DNA from: Octopus vulgaris
Taxonomy: Eukaryota
DNA: 64,000 nucleotides
Direction: 5' to 3'
Assembly: GCA_951406725.2 (NCBI GenBank)
Contig: OX597830.1
Location: 69,316,001 to 69,380,000, forward strand
The notes under the pieces are model-generated. The model worked only from the letters and a program-made list of their open reading frames with translations. It did not search any database and was not told the DNA's origin. This document shows positions 26,258 to 39,122 of the stretch, piece by piece (the first letter of the stretch is position 1; the number at the start of each line of letters is the position of its first letter). A program made the translations under genes and the position numbers.

Positions 26258-27165
26258 GCCACCCTTGTATGTTACGCAGACAATATGATAGTCTTGCAGA
26301 AAATACAAAATCCTAGCAATGTTGCATGCTTGCAGCAGGAGTTGGACATAATTTACAGATGGGCTGAGGACAATAATATGCAGTTTAATGGTAGTAAATT
26401 CCAAGTCCTGCAGTACCAGCACCCAAAAGTTAACGAAAAAGTGACAGGGTACACTGACCCCTGGGGAATTCCAATCCCACAATCTAAGTCAGTGCATGAC
26501 CTGGTTATCAATATGAATGATGATACCTCTCTCGAAGTGTACATTACCAAGATGGCGACAAATTGCAGACAGCTGGCTGGATAGATTCTGAGAACCTTCA
26601 GAACCAGTGAGAAGGAAATTATGATGGTCCTCTAGTGAGCATTGGTCATCAGCTGCCTTGTCTTCTGCTCCCAACTATGGTCACCCAACAGTGTAAAATT
26701 AGCAGCTGACCTTGATGCAATCTGGTGAAGCTTCACAAAAAATATTGTATCATTGCAACAGCTCAGCTACTGAGAAAAGCAGAAACAGCAAAGGTTCTAC
26801 TCCCTGGAGTGAAAGCAGGAGAGGCGTGCAGTAATATTCATCTGGAAGATTCTGGAAAAGATTGTGCCAAATTTTGAAACAAGCGCCAAAATGGGTCACC
26901 ACTGCACAATGGCGAAGATCCCAACAATGCTGTCACACTTCAGGACATGTTACTGCAACAGCCTAAGTTTCAAGGGCCCACAGCTTTTTAATATCCTCTC
27001 AGCCTGAGAGGCCTACACAAAGAGGATGTAGGTGTTTTCGAAACAAAACTGGATCTCTTCCTGTCAAGAGTCCCAGATGAACCTACCTTATGACAGGAGG
27101 TGCCAATGAGGGCAGTGACATTAATTTCCTTATTCACAAAATTCCACATATCAGAGGAGGCTCTC
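26258..27165 (+). mobile_element. Decayed CR1/Jockey-group LINE RT 3' region
   Basis: YADN...LQQELDIIYRWAEDNNMQFNGSKFQVL and downstream LINE-like C-terminal residues with stops; ends in an AAT tail. Confidence 0.75.
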
Positions 27166-27231
27166 AATAATAACAATGTAGCAAAATGACAGTACTCCAG
27201 CATGGCCATAGCTTTGAGCTATATATATATA

Positions 27232-27660
27232 TAGGAGTGGCTGTTTGGTAAGTAGCTTGCTCACCAATCATATGGATCGGGTTCAGTCCCACTGCATGGC
27301 ACTTTGGGCAAGTGTCTTCTACTATAGCCTCGGGCCGACCAAAGCCTTGTGAGTGGATTTGGTAGATGGAAACTGAAAGAAGCCTGTCGTGTATATATAT
27401 ATATATGTGTGTGTGTGTTTGTGTGTCTGTGTTTGTGCCCCCAACATCACTTGACAACCGATGCTGGTGTGTTCATGACCCCATAACTTAGTGGTTCGGC
27501 AAAAGAGGCCGATTGTATAAGTACTAGGCTTGCAAAGAATAAGTACCAGGCTTGCAAAGGTTTACAAGGAATAAATCCTGGGGTTGATTTGCTCGACTAA
27601 AGGTGGTTCTCCAGCATGGCCGCAGTCAAATGACTGAAACAAGTAAAAGAGTAAAAGAGT
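27232..27660 (+). mobile_element. SINE family A copy
   Basis: Full-length match to 7661-8059. Confidence 0.85.
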
Positions 27661-28103
27661 ATACATGTGTGTGTGTATGTATGTATGTATATAATTTAGA
27701 GAAAACCTCTATCAAGCAATTCAATAAAGAAAGATGTTATTCACACCAAAAAGAAAACATATACTATAAAAAAAAAACCTTATTCTAAGTGTGAGTTGAT
27801 GCCAGTGCTGCATGAGTGACTTCCTGTGCTGGTGGCACATAAAAAGCATCATCTGATCGTGGCCAATGCCAGTGCTGCCTGTCTGTGCATTAAAAGCACC
27901 CACCCACTACACTCTCGAAGTGGTTGTCATTAGGAAGGGCATCCAGTTATAGAAACCTTGACAAATCACATTGGAGCCTTCTGCAGCCTACTGTCTTGCC
28001 TGTCCTCAGTCAAATTGTCCAACCCATTCCAGCATGGAAAACAGACGTTAAACAATGATGATGATGTAATGGACACACCAAAAATTTGAACAATCTTACC
28101 AAC

Positions 28104-28182
28104 CTATAGCCCGTTTAAAGCTGGCAATGGCCGCACCAGCAGCTGTTTCTAGTTGTATCACATTAATTCCATTGTCCAATGT
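28104..28182 (-). CDS. UGP2: UGP2 coding exon
   Basis: atttAG|ACATTG encodes TLDNGINVIQLETAAGAAIASFKRAI(G); donor GTTGGT (phase 1). Confidence 0.93.
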
Positions 28183-28225
28183 CTAAATATAATCAGAAAG
28201 AAAATAATAGTAAAAAAAATATCAA

Positions 28226-28263
<38 letters not shown>

Positions 28264-28265
<2 letters not shown>

Positions 28266-28790
28266 GTTTCTTTCCAGTACATACAGACCGAACCATCAAA
28301 GCCAATAAACCAGATATTGTTGTGAAAGACAAAAACAATAAAGTTTGCTTATTGATCGACATGAGCATCCCCTGTGATCATAATATCTCGGCGAAAGAGT
28401 TTGACAAGCTCAGAAAATATAAAGACCTGCTCATTGAAATTGAGAAAATGTGGCATCTCAAGGCGGTTACAATACCAGTGATCGTAGGAGCACTAGGAAT
28501 GATCAAGAAGGGAACCGAAAATTATATGAGAATGATCCCTGGCTTACCATCCCTGCAAGAAGTGCAAAAGATTGTATTAACTGGTACATCACACGTATTG
28601 AGAAGAGCATTGTCGCTGTGAGAGCTGTTACTGCCCATGTATTTTAATTTAACCTTAAAAAAAAAAATGAACGAACTATTGAGTTTGGTTTAATGGCCTA
28701 CCAATGTATACTATGAGTTTCTTTGCCCTAGGAGTCGGGAAGATGCTCGGCAAGAAATGGAAGCAAATTTGAAAGAAGAAGAAAAAAAAA
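28264..28790 (+). mobile_element. R4/Dong-like non-LTR element 3' end (RLE domain) inserted in (TAA)n
   Basis: TDRTIKANKPDIVVKDK...LLIDMSIP...KLRKYKDL...PVIVGALG, a PD-(D/E)xK restriction-like endonuclease; TAA tracts on both sides. Confidence 0.8.
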
Positions 28791-28810
28791 CAATAATAAT
28801 AATAATAAAA

Positions 28811-29129
28811 GGGATGTCAGAAACGGTTCCTGTTATTGTAGGTACCCTAAGTATGATAAAAAAGGGATGTCAGAAACACCTAGACAATATCCCTGGAGAA
28901 CCATGTCTCAAGGAAATCCAAAAGATTGTGCTAACAAGTACTGCCCACATCCTTAGAAAAACCCTATCAATGTAAATGTTTGTGCTTGTATTACATGGAG
29001 ATATTTCTCTACTTCCCCTCCCCAAGCTTTCAGCTATATTTCAACAACTCTTAACCTTCACTTGCCCTAGGACGCTGAGTGTGCCCCAGCAAGTGATTGC
29101 ATCAAACATGCAGATTAAAAGTAAATGAC

Positions 29130-29130
<1 letters not shown>
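28811..29130 (+). mobile_element. Second R4/Dong-like 3' fragment in tandem
   Basis: ETVPVIVGTLSMIKKG...EIQKIVLTSTAHILRKTLSM*, then 3' UTR and long (AAT)n. Confidence 0.75.
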
Positions 29131-29185
<55 letters not shown>

Positions 29186-29319
29186 TAATAATAATAATGA
29201 TAATAATAATAATAATAATAATAATAATGCAATATAAAAAATGCGAAACTGAAAAGAAATCCTCCTACATATGATATATAAATATAAATACTGAAATAGC
29301 AAAAGGAAATCTTTAATAC

Positions 29320-29416
29320 CTTGTTGTTGACAATAATTTCCATGTAAAGGGTTTTCTCTTCAACAACTTTCTTTATGGCTTCCAGACTTATCCAAAGATT
29401 ATTTGTGTTGAAAATT
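29320..29416 (-). CDS. UGP2: UGP2 coding exon
   Basis: ttctAG|A ATT encodes IFNTNNLWISLEAIKKVVEEKTLYMEIIVNNK; donor GTATTA. Confidence 0.95.
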
Positions 29417-29587
29417 CTAGAATAAAGTAACAATTAAAGTATAAAGAAAATAGAATTTCTTAAACGTGTACTGGTGAATCAGAAAGTAATTTTATTACTT
29501 TCTGATTTACTGTCGTACATACGAAAGGATAAATAAAAAAAAAGTCAATGCAAATAAAAATTGTTTTATTTTCTGAATCACCATATA

Positions 29588-29993
29588 CTCTTTTACTTGT
29601 TTCAGTCATTTGACTGTGGCCATGCTGGAGCACCGCCTTTAGATGAGCAACTCGCCCCCAGGATTTATTCTTTGGAAGCCTAGTACTTATTCTATCGGTC
29701 TCTTTTGCCAAACTACTAAGTTACAGGGACGTAAACACACCAGCATCAGTTGTTAAGCGATGTTGGGGAGACAAACACAGACACAATCATATACCCACAC
29801 ATACATATATATACATGTATACATATATACGATAGGCTTCTTTCAGTTTCCATCTACCAAATCCACTCACAAGGCTTTGGTCGGCCTGAGGCTATAGTAG
29901 AAGTCAGTTGCCGAAGGTGCCACGCAGTGGGACTGAACCCAGAACCATGTGGTTGGTAAGCAAGCTACTTACCACACAGCCACTCCTGCGCCT
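29588..29993 (-). mobile_element. SINE family A copy
   Basis: Full-length reverse-complement match. Confidence 0.85.
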
Positions 29994-30202
29994 ATATAAA
30001 TGCTGAAATAGTAAAAAATATTGTTATTTTTTTCACTTTTATATTATTGCTCCTATCTTATAAATGCGGTAGTAATTTTAGGTGAGAAAATGGTAAGATA
30101 AGATAGGAGCAATATTATAAAAGTGGAAAAAAATAATATTTTTTACTATTTCAGCATTTATATAGGCATAGGAGTGGCTGTGTGGTAAGTAGCTTGCTTA
30201 CC
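29955..30202. repeat. Inverted duplication of about 105 bp that includes a SINE head
   Basis: 29955-30061 is approximately the reverse complement of 30098-30202. Confidence 0.85.
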
Positions 30203-31420
30203 TATTCTAATATTCCCTCCCCACAGCCATACCGTCCCCAACCTCTCCTTTATTACTACCCTGATTCCTATAAAGGTGCACCTTTATAGGAATCCGGGTA
30301 GTAATAACGGAGAGGATTGTGAATGTCAGGCTCACAATCATGGAGTAGTGAGTTTGATTCTGGGACCCGGCTGTGTGTTGTGTTCTTGAGCAAGACACTT
30401 TATTTCATGTTGCTCCAGTTCACTCAGCTGTAGAAATGAGTTGTGACATCACAGTTGCCAAGCTGTATCAGCCTTTGCCTTTCCCTCGGATAACATCAGT
30501 GTCATGGAGAGGGGAGGCTGGTATGCATGAGCGACTGCTGTTCTTCCATAAACATCCTTGCCCAGACTTATACCTTGGAGGGTAACTTTCTAGGTGCAAT
30601 CTTATGGTCATTCATGACCAAAAGGGGTCTTTACTGTTTTTTTTACCCACCTAACTACCCACTCCTGTATCTCATCCCCAGACTATATTACCACTGCCAG
30701 GCGGCGAGTTGGCAGAACCGTTAGCACACCGGGCAAAATGTGTAGCCGTATTTTGTCTGCCGTTATGTTCTGAGTTCAAATTCCGCCTAGGTCGACTTTG
30801 CCTTTCATCCTTTTGGGGTCGATTAAATAAGTTCCAGTTACGCACTGGGGTCGATGTAATCGACTTAATTCGTTTGTCTGTCCTTGTTTGTCCCCTCTAT
30901 GTTTAGCCCCTTGTGGGTAATAAAGAAACATATATTACCACTCCCCTCCTATATTGGTTCAAATTTTGGTGCAAGGCCAGCAATTACATCGCTCCCAGTA
31001 CTCAACTGGTACTTATTCTATTGACCCCAAAACGATGAAAGGCAAAGTCAACCTCAGCAGAATTTGAACTCCAGCCCCGCTCCTATATTGCCACCTTTCT
31101 CTAAATAACCAACTCACTGTTATTTCACTGCAACCCACTTCTATATTAGTAGCCACTCTAATTTGACCACTGTCCACTCTTACATGATGAACCCTTGACC
31201 CAAAGGTTCATAGATCAAAACTACACTTATCCAAGCTACCATGCTGTAGGACTGAACATAAAAAAAAATTTTTAATCTGTAAAATCATACATATGTAAGG
31301 ACAGTAGCACTTTAAATTATTGTAATATAACATTAAACGGTCCGCTGAGTAAATGTTATTAAAATTCATTGTTATTAATCATTGAACACAAAAAGCAAAA
31401 CAAAAATTTGTTACACTTAC

Positions 31421-31452
31421 TTGAATTTACTGACACTTTTAAATTCGTCTAC
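31421..31452 (-). CDS. UGP2: UGP2 32-nt small exon
   Basis: tttcacAG|GTAGAC encodes VDEFKSVSKF(K); donor GTAAGT; exactly fills the gap between flanking exons. Confidence 0.93.
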
Positions 31453-31904
31453 CTGTGAAACGAAGATTGACAGATATAAATATTTTTGATATAAATTTTG
31501 ATAACAAGGCCAGCAAATTCATGGGTAGGGAGGCATAAGTTGATTACATCAACCCAAGTGCTCAACTAGTACTTATTTTATTAACCCCAAAAGGCTGAAA
31601 GGCAGAATCGACCTCAGGAGAATTTGAACTCGGAATGTAAAGATGGACGAAATGCTGATAAGTATTTTTCCCAGTACTCTAATCATTCTGCCAGCTTGCA
31701 AAGACCTTTAATGTTGGGTTCAAATTCTGGCACAAGGCTAGAAATTTGGTGAGTGGGAGCTAGTAGATCATATTGATCCATTGTTCAAATGGTACTTATT
31801 TCATCGACCCTGAAAAGATGAAAGGCAAACTCAATCTTGGTGTAATGTGAATTCAGAACATAAAGATAGATGAAATGCCACCATGCATCTTTCACAGTGT
31901 TCAT

Positions 31905-32406
31905 TGGACACTAAACTCTGCTTGTGAAGACCTGTTGAGGCGAGTGAAATCGGAATCGAAATCAAAATTCCATGACTGGCATCAGTGCTAATGGAACGCT
32001 AAGAGTACCATACAAGCGTGATCATTGCCAGAGCAACAAGCTGGTCACCATGCCGATGTCATTCGAGCATGATCATTACCTGCGTCACCTTACTGGCACT
32101 TGTGCTGGTGGCACGTGAACAAAACATTTGAGCGAGGTCGTTGCCAGTGCCGCTGGACTGGCTCCTGTGCAGGTGGCACATAAAAAGCACCATCTGAGCG
32201 TGGCTGCTGCCAGTGCCGCCTGACTGGCCCTCATGCCGGTGGCACGTAAAAGCGTCCACTACACTTTCGGAGTGGTTGACGTTAGGAAGGGCATCCAGCT
32301 GTAGAAACTCTGCCAGATCAAGATTGGAGCCTGGTGCAGCCATCTGGTTCGCCAGGCCTCAGTCAAATCGTCCAACCCATGCTGGTATGGAAAGTGGACG
32401 TTAAAC

Positions 32407-32447
<41 letters not shown>
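31905..32447 (+). mobile_element. (GAT)n-tailed retroelement 3' end (family D, probably RTE-associated)
   Basis: ...ggagtggttggcgttaggaagggcatccagctgtagaaa...ggacgttaaac(GAT)n. Copies near 250, 1290, 9660, 46700, 48490 on - and 5160, 25380, 27790, 57300 on +. Confidence 0.75.
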
Positions 32448-32448
<1 letters not shown>

Positions 32449-33810
32449 AGTGATTCTACCAGCTCACCACCTTTCAAAGACTTAATATTAGTACAAAAAC
32501 TAGAAGCTGGAAGGGATAAAGATATAACTAGTTATAACAACCTCAATACACAACTGGTACTAACATAGTGTGTAATTTTTAATCTCTAACATTGGCACAA
32601 ATCCACAAATTTGTTGGTGGAGTTGCAAGTATACTTGATTAACTCAACTCCAGTTTGGTTACTAGTACTACTAAAGGATACAAATCAACTGAAAACTGAT
32701 GAAGCAAAAGTATGAGCATGGCTACCAAAAGGACTTTTTACACTATTCCCTATTCATGGATTCTGGAAATATTGGTTTCAAATTTTGACAAGGCCAGAAA
32801 TTTCTGGTGGGTATAGGGTAAAATCGATTATATTGACCTCAGTGTTTCACTGGTACTTATTTTATCAACCCTGAAAGAATAAAAGACTAAATCAACCATG
32901 GTGGAATTTGAACTCCGAATGTAAGGATGGACAAAATGCCATCGAGCATTTTGCCCAGAATGCTACCAATTCTTATTTCTTCATTGTGCACAAGGATCTA
33001 AACATAGAGGGGACAAACAATGATAGACAAAGGGATTAAGTCGAATACATCAACCCCAGTGTGTAACTGGTACTTAATTCATCGACCCCTAAAGGATGAA
33101 AGGCAAAGTCGACCTCGGTGGAATTTAAAGACAGGACGTAAAGATGGATGAAATACCGGTAAGCATTTCACCTGGCATGCTAACGTTTCTGCCAGCTCAC
33201 CACCTTTTGCTACCAATTCTGCATGCTACCAATTCGGACAGCTCGCTACCTTAATGAATCTGGAAATATTAACTACAACCAAGGTAACAGTAATGACAAG
33301 GAGTTACATGAAATAATACAGGAGTAAAGAGAAGACTCTTTACTGTATACTGTATTTGATGGCACCAAAGATTTACATTCATATTTAGATGCACCCCAAT
33401 TTTTGTAGTGCTTGTTCGAGAAAAAGTGTAACCCTTTCATTAGGATATTTTTGTTGAAATGCACTGCCTTTCTTTCAATTAATTTCAAAAATAATGAAGA
33501 ATTTAGTAAAATAACATTGTCATTTTGAAACTGATGTTTGCAATATAATTTAACATGAAAATTCTGATGGTTGGTTTAAATTTAGATCTCTTAAAAATAA
33601 GAAGTTTGTATCATGTGATCTTGGATGAAGTTGATATCAAAAAGGGTCAAAGCTTATGGGAGGCCCAACTTGGCATGTAAAATTTGTGGTGATTTTTTGA
33701 AACATTTTTTTGGGGTGGGGAAAAATATGTCATCAAATAAGATACATCCAAATGAACATAGAGAGGATAAAAACAAATCTATTCACTATAAGGAGGGGAA
33801 TACTGCAAGG

Positions 33811-33848
<38 letters not shown>

Positions 33849-34112
33849 TACTAAGTTCCTCTTTGTGTCTGTGCTGTCATCTTTATGCAATAGTCTAGAA
33901 TAGAGTGGAAGTGGGTAGAAGTGCTATACATTAACAATTAATCAATCTCTGTACCCAGAGGACATCAAACTATTTGCTGGAAATGACAAATAACTGGACA
34001 GTCTTTAACATATGGTGCACAGATTTATTAGAAAAACTGACGTGAAAATTTCATTGCAGAAAATATCGCCCTGGATTGAAGAAAATTAATTTTTAAAAAA
34101 AATCTATCATAT

Positions 34113-34508
34113 AGGCGCAAAAGTGGCTGTGTGGTAAGTAGCTTGCTTACCAGCCACATGGTTCCGGTTTCAGTCCCACTGCGTGGCATCTTCGGCAAGT
34201 GTCTTCTGCTATAGCCCCGGGCCGATCAATGCCTTGTAAGTGGATTTGGTAGACGGAAACTGAAAGAAGCCCGTTGTATATATATATATGTATATATGTG
34301 TGTGCTTGTGTGTCTGTGTTTGTCCCCCTAGCATTGCTTGACAACCGATGCTGGTGTGTTTACGTCCCCGTCACTTAGCGGTTCGGCAAAAAGAGACCGA
34401 TAGAATAAGTACTGGGCTTACAAAGAATAAGTCCCAGGGTCCATGTGCTCGACTAAAGGCGGTGCTCCAGCATGGCCGCAATCAAATGACTGAAACAAGT
34501 AAAAGAGA
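34113..34508 (+). mobile_element. SINE family A copy
   Basis: Full-length match. Confidence 0.85.
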
Positions 34509-36336
34509 AAAAAAAAAAAAAGGAAAAAATGTTAGATGTTTTTTTTGTTTTTACTTCTTATCTTTTGCTGGTAACATTGGGCTGTGACCATGCTGGAGCA
34601 CATCCTTCAAAGGTTTAGTCAAACAAATTAACTCCAGTACCAAGTTTATTTTTTGTTTTAAGTCTAGTGGATATTCTATTGATCTCTTTTGCAGAATCGC
34701 TAAATTATGGGGGATGTAAATAAACTAACACCAGTTGTCAAACAGTGCAAGAACAACTCAAAGATACACACACATATACAGATACATGTAAACACACACA
34801 TACTTCCATCATGTCTATCAAAAGAGGTACATGCACTTTCACACACACATATACACTTGACAAAACTTCCGGCTACCAAATCCATTCACAAGGTTTTGGT
34901 TGCCCTGAGGATATACCAGAAGACGCTTGACCAAGGTGTTGCTCAGTGGGACTGATTTGAAACCATGTGTACGCACACACACATACACATATGACGGACT
35001 TCTTTCAGTTTCTGTCTACCAAATTCATTTTGTTTGGCCCGAGGCTATAGTAGAAACACTTGCCCAAGGTGCCATGCAGTGGGACTGAACCTGGAACCAT
35101 GTGGTTGGTAAGCAAGCTACTTACCATACAGTCAATCCTGCACCTATATATATATATATATATGTATACACACCCTCATTATATTTTTAACATCCACATT
35201 TCCATGTTTGCATTGGTTGGATAGAATTGGCTGAGATGGATCTTCAATGGCCAGATACCCATCTTGTCACTAACTCTTACCTGCTTCCTTGGAAAGAAAC
35301 ATTTCCCCATGACCAGACATGTTTTACGAAGAAGATTGAAAACAAAGGATCACATTGCATCCCATTGGCACTCACTTACGACTATTATGCAATGTCAAGG
35401 CAAGGAGACAGTAACATGCACACACACACACACATGTATACACATATACAGTGACCACCCCACACACCCACATATACATACACACATGTATACATATACT
35501 TGGTTTCAATCAACCAAGTCCACTTGCGTGGCATTGGTTGGCCCAGGGTTCTAGTAGAAAACATTTGCCCATTGTGCCAGGCAGGAAGACTGAACCCAGA
35601 ACCATGTGGTTGGAAAACAAACTTCTTATCACACACACACATACATACACAAACACACTCACACACAGCCATCCAAGAATTTAGACTTGGAGATCTCCAT
35701 TTCCAGCGACTTCGAGGGCCACCTCCCAGTGGTGTCGGGTATCAACGAAGAGCCCTCAACTACAAGACGACCAAAGTTTTTTTTTTTTCCATGGTCTGGG
35801 GTCTGCCGCCCCTAAGCCCTAGACCATCACCAAATTACCCTTACCCATCTTGTTTCTTAACAACAACAACAACAACACACACACACATACACATGCAAAC
35901 ATACACATGCGCACATACACACACACACATATGTGCATGCACATGCACACACACACTGTTTTGGTAATATATGAGACAAATGTGAAAAAATGTGTGGCTT
36001 TTGCCTTGTTCTACTTTCAGCATGTTGCATGCTGCAGTATTTATTTTGTCTGAGTTGAACACACATACCCTTGACAGTCCTACAATTGCAAAAGCAATGA
36101 ACTGGTGATCAGTCGAACAGAAGCCTATAATTATTGACTTTAAGATTTATGAGATTTATTTTATGAAATGAAAATATCTGGCACACAGCAGCTGTTACAT
36201 TCAAGTCTCGGAAATACAGATGAATTTACTTAAATTCTAATCTCTGCAGCTGATATCTGAATTGGAGTCCATAACTAGTTGGACATCGCATAATGTTACA
36301 CTACAAACAATAATACTAGTTAAGTTAAGTTAAGTT

Positions 36337-36738
36337 AACTTTTTGGCTCAAAAAGCAAGGCCATGTAGGGGGACATGGAGTTATGTACAGGGAGGGTGTT
36401 CATGCAAAGAGTTCAGGCCATTTCTGGTCAAGAGAGACTTTGAACCGAGCGGTCGTCGGCATCTTCACTCTCTCGTCCGGCAGCTTATTCCACGGATCCG
36501 CAACCCGGACGGAGAAAGCCCCCTCTCCTTCGGTTGAGATGAAATTGTCGCAGATAGAGCTTTTCGGAGTGACCCCGCAGCCGACGCTCTGGAGCAGGAG
36601 TGAAGAACAGCTCTTTCGAGAGGTTACACTTTCCGCTTATGATGTTGTGAGCAAGAATGAGATCACCACGGCATCGTCGTTTTTCTAGAGAATAAAATTC
36701 GAGCGTCTTCAGCCTTTCTTCATAAGACAAATGCTTGA
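36337..36738 (-). mobile_element. CR1 LINE 3' end with (ACTTA)n tail
   Basis: SYEERLKTLEFYSLEKRRCRGDLI...RLRGHSEKL; taagttaagttaagtt tail at about 36320-36338. Confidence 0.8.
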
Positions 36739-37137
36739 TATCATAACTGGTCAGATATCATAACTGGTCAGATTTATAATATTGGTTTCAAATTTTCTCA
36801 CAAGACCAGTGGTTTCAAGGAAGGCAGTCAGTTGTTTACATCAAACCCAGCACTCAACTTGTACTTATTTTTTTAACCCCCAAAAGGATGGAAAACAAAG
36901 TTGGCCACTGCAGCATTCAAACTCAGAACGTGAAGACAGATGAGATGTCACTAACCCAGCATTTCTCAACCGGGGTTTCGCAAGAAAGAGTGAGATAAGC
37001 TAATGCTAATTTCATGATCACAATATTACTATTCATGCACAACATATTATTGGTTATTGTAATATTGTAATATAGACTTCATCCTATCTTACCTATTATG
37101 TTATCAAAAAATTATAACGATATATATATTTTATATT

Positions 37138-37548
37138 TGTAGTGACACTACAGTGTAAGTTTCAGCGCACATGCGCAGAATTGGATTACTTTCGGTTGGC
37201 CACCAGAAGTTTCCTCATGCGCATGCGCAGGAACTGCAACCTGAAAACGTGACCACTGAATCGGTCTTTCTGGCAGAGCAGCGCTAGCGATCGGACGTGA
37301 CTCGACTTCTCTCAGCGAACACCGTATCTTCTTGGCTCACACGAGTGAACATCGTAAACAGTCCTGTGGATTCGCTGCCGGTTTCCCCACAAGAAATACA
37401 TATGTATATGTTTTACCTGTGAACCACCGAATAAACTACTATTGTTGTTATTGAAGACAGCCTGACTTTGATTCCATTTCTTCAACTTGTATGTGACGAG
37501 ATCAGATCGGACACCCCTCCAGTGTTCCTGAACTCTCATCCTGTTACA
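37138..37548 (+). mobile_element. Solo LTR (411 bp)
   Basis: TGTA...TACA ends, 4-bp TSD TATT, internal AATAAA near 37430, CpG-rich. Confidence 0.75.
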
Positions 37549-37858
37549 TATTCTTTTCTACTCTAGGCACAAGGCCCAGAATTTTTGGGAAAGGGACCAG
37601 TCAATTAGATTGACCTCAGTATGCAACTGGTACTTAATTCATTGACCCTGAAAGGATGAAAGGCAATGTCGAACTTGGTAGAATTTGAACTCGGAATATA
37701 AAGACAGACAAAATACCACAAAGCATTTTGCCTGGCATCCTAACGATTCTGCCAGCTCGCTGCCTTTATATTTATGATATCAACCACATGAACTACAATG
37801 AAAATATATGAGAAAGATATACATAATTTTTTTGTGCAGGGGTTCCTAAAGACATGTA

Positions 37859-38367
37859 CCGTAAATCCTCAAGTATAGCTCGCCCTTGAGTATAATACGC
37901 AGGGGATTTTTAGGGGGCTGTACCACTGAAAAACCTAATACACACCCCTTCTCTAACTTGAACGTGTGTAATTAAGCCAGTAGCACCTAGTCGAACAAAT
38001 ACTTCGGCACATGCGTAATACAATAATGGTGATGTTCTTAACTGTTATATGGGAATGTAAATATGTTTGCAAATTATTTTTGTTACACGTCATTCTGTGT
38101 TCTGAATACCTGTATTTTAATAAATGTGGCTTACTGCAAGTTATGGATGATTCTTTTATGACTTCATTGCTTTCAGGCTTAGCTTAAGGTATTTTCACAC
38201 CCGACATCACAAAATGCGTTTGAATAAACATTGCCAGACAGCAAATAGAGACTCAGACATTGCTTAGAAAATAATTTTTCATTTTTAACCTCGTATATAG
38301 TACACACTCGGGATTTTGACCTTTAAATTTTGGGAAAAAAATGAAGATTATACTTGAGGATTTACGG
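37859..38367. mobile_element. pogo/Tc1-type MITE
   Basis: TIRs ccgtaaatcctcaagtata / tatacttgaggatttacgg, preceded by TA. Confidence 0.75.
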
Positions 38368-38458
38368 TGATTTACTTTAAGTGTTACGTAAGGGTAAAAA
38401 GGTTGAGAAACACTGCTCTAATCATTTCGCCCAGCATGCTAATGTTTCTACCAGATTG

Positions 38459-39080
38459 TTGACATAGCTGTTTCAGCCTTTTTTAATCCATAATTAGTTT
38501 CATAGCTGTCTTCAACCAGAAATATCTGAAGGTTTCTTCCCACACTTATCTTTACTTCTACATCACTACTCCAGTCATATCATTTCTTATTATCTCCCTT
38601 CTCTATCTTGAGCAAGAGCTTATGCCCAAATCATCGAATTGTTTATCTCTTCTTAATTCTTCTTTACTGCATTAAACTAATACTTTATATTGTGTACACA
38701 TATTTTTTTTCATTGTTTTGCTTAATTCCTGTTACCTTTACACTAGGTTTTGAATAGTTTACTTTCATTAGATATCTTATTCCATTGTTTGGAATTTGCT
38801 ACAATAGCTTTTCAGTTCTTCTGTCAAATAAAGTTCCAGCTCATTAAATTTGTGTGTAGCAAGATAAGTGTTTCTCAAATAGCCATGGATAGGTGCAGGG
38901 GGCATCTATGTGGACCTATGTGTTAAGACGTTTACTTTCCAACTACATGGTCTTGAGTTCAGTCTCACTGCATGGAAACTTAGGAAAATGTTTTCTAGTA
39001 TAGCCCCAGGGCCAACCAAAAAACACTGCAAGTGGACTTGGTAGATGGAAACTGAAAGAAGCCTGCAGCACATATTTGTA

Positions 39081-39122
<42 letters not shown>

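Larger units (their letters stand above)
36957..38415. mobile_element. hAT-like non-autonomous transposon hosting nested insertions
   Basis: TIRs cagcatttctcaacc / ggttgagaaacactg; imperfect 8-bp TSD cactaacc/ctctaatc; interrupts a SINE whose two halves rejoin across it. Confidence 0.75.
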
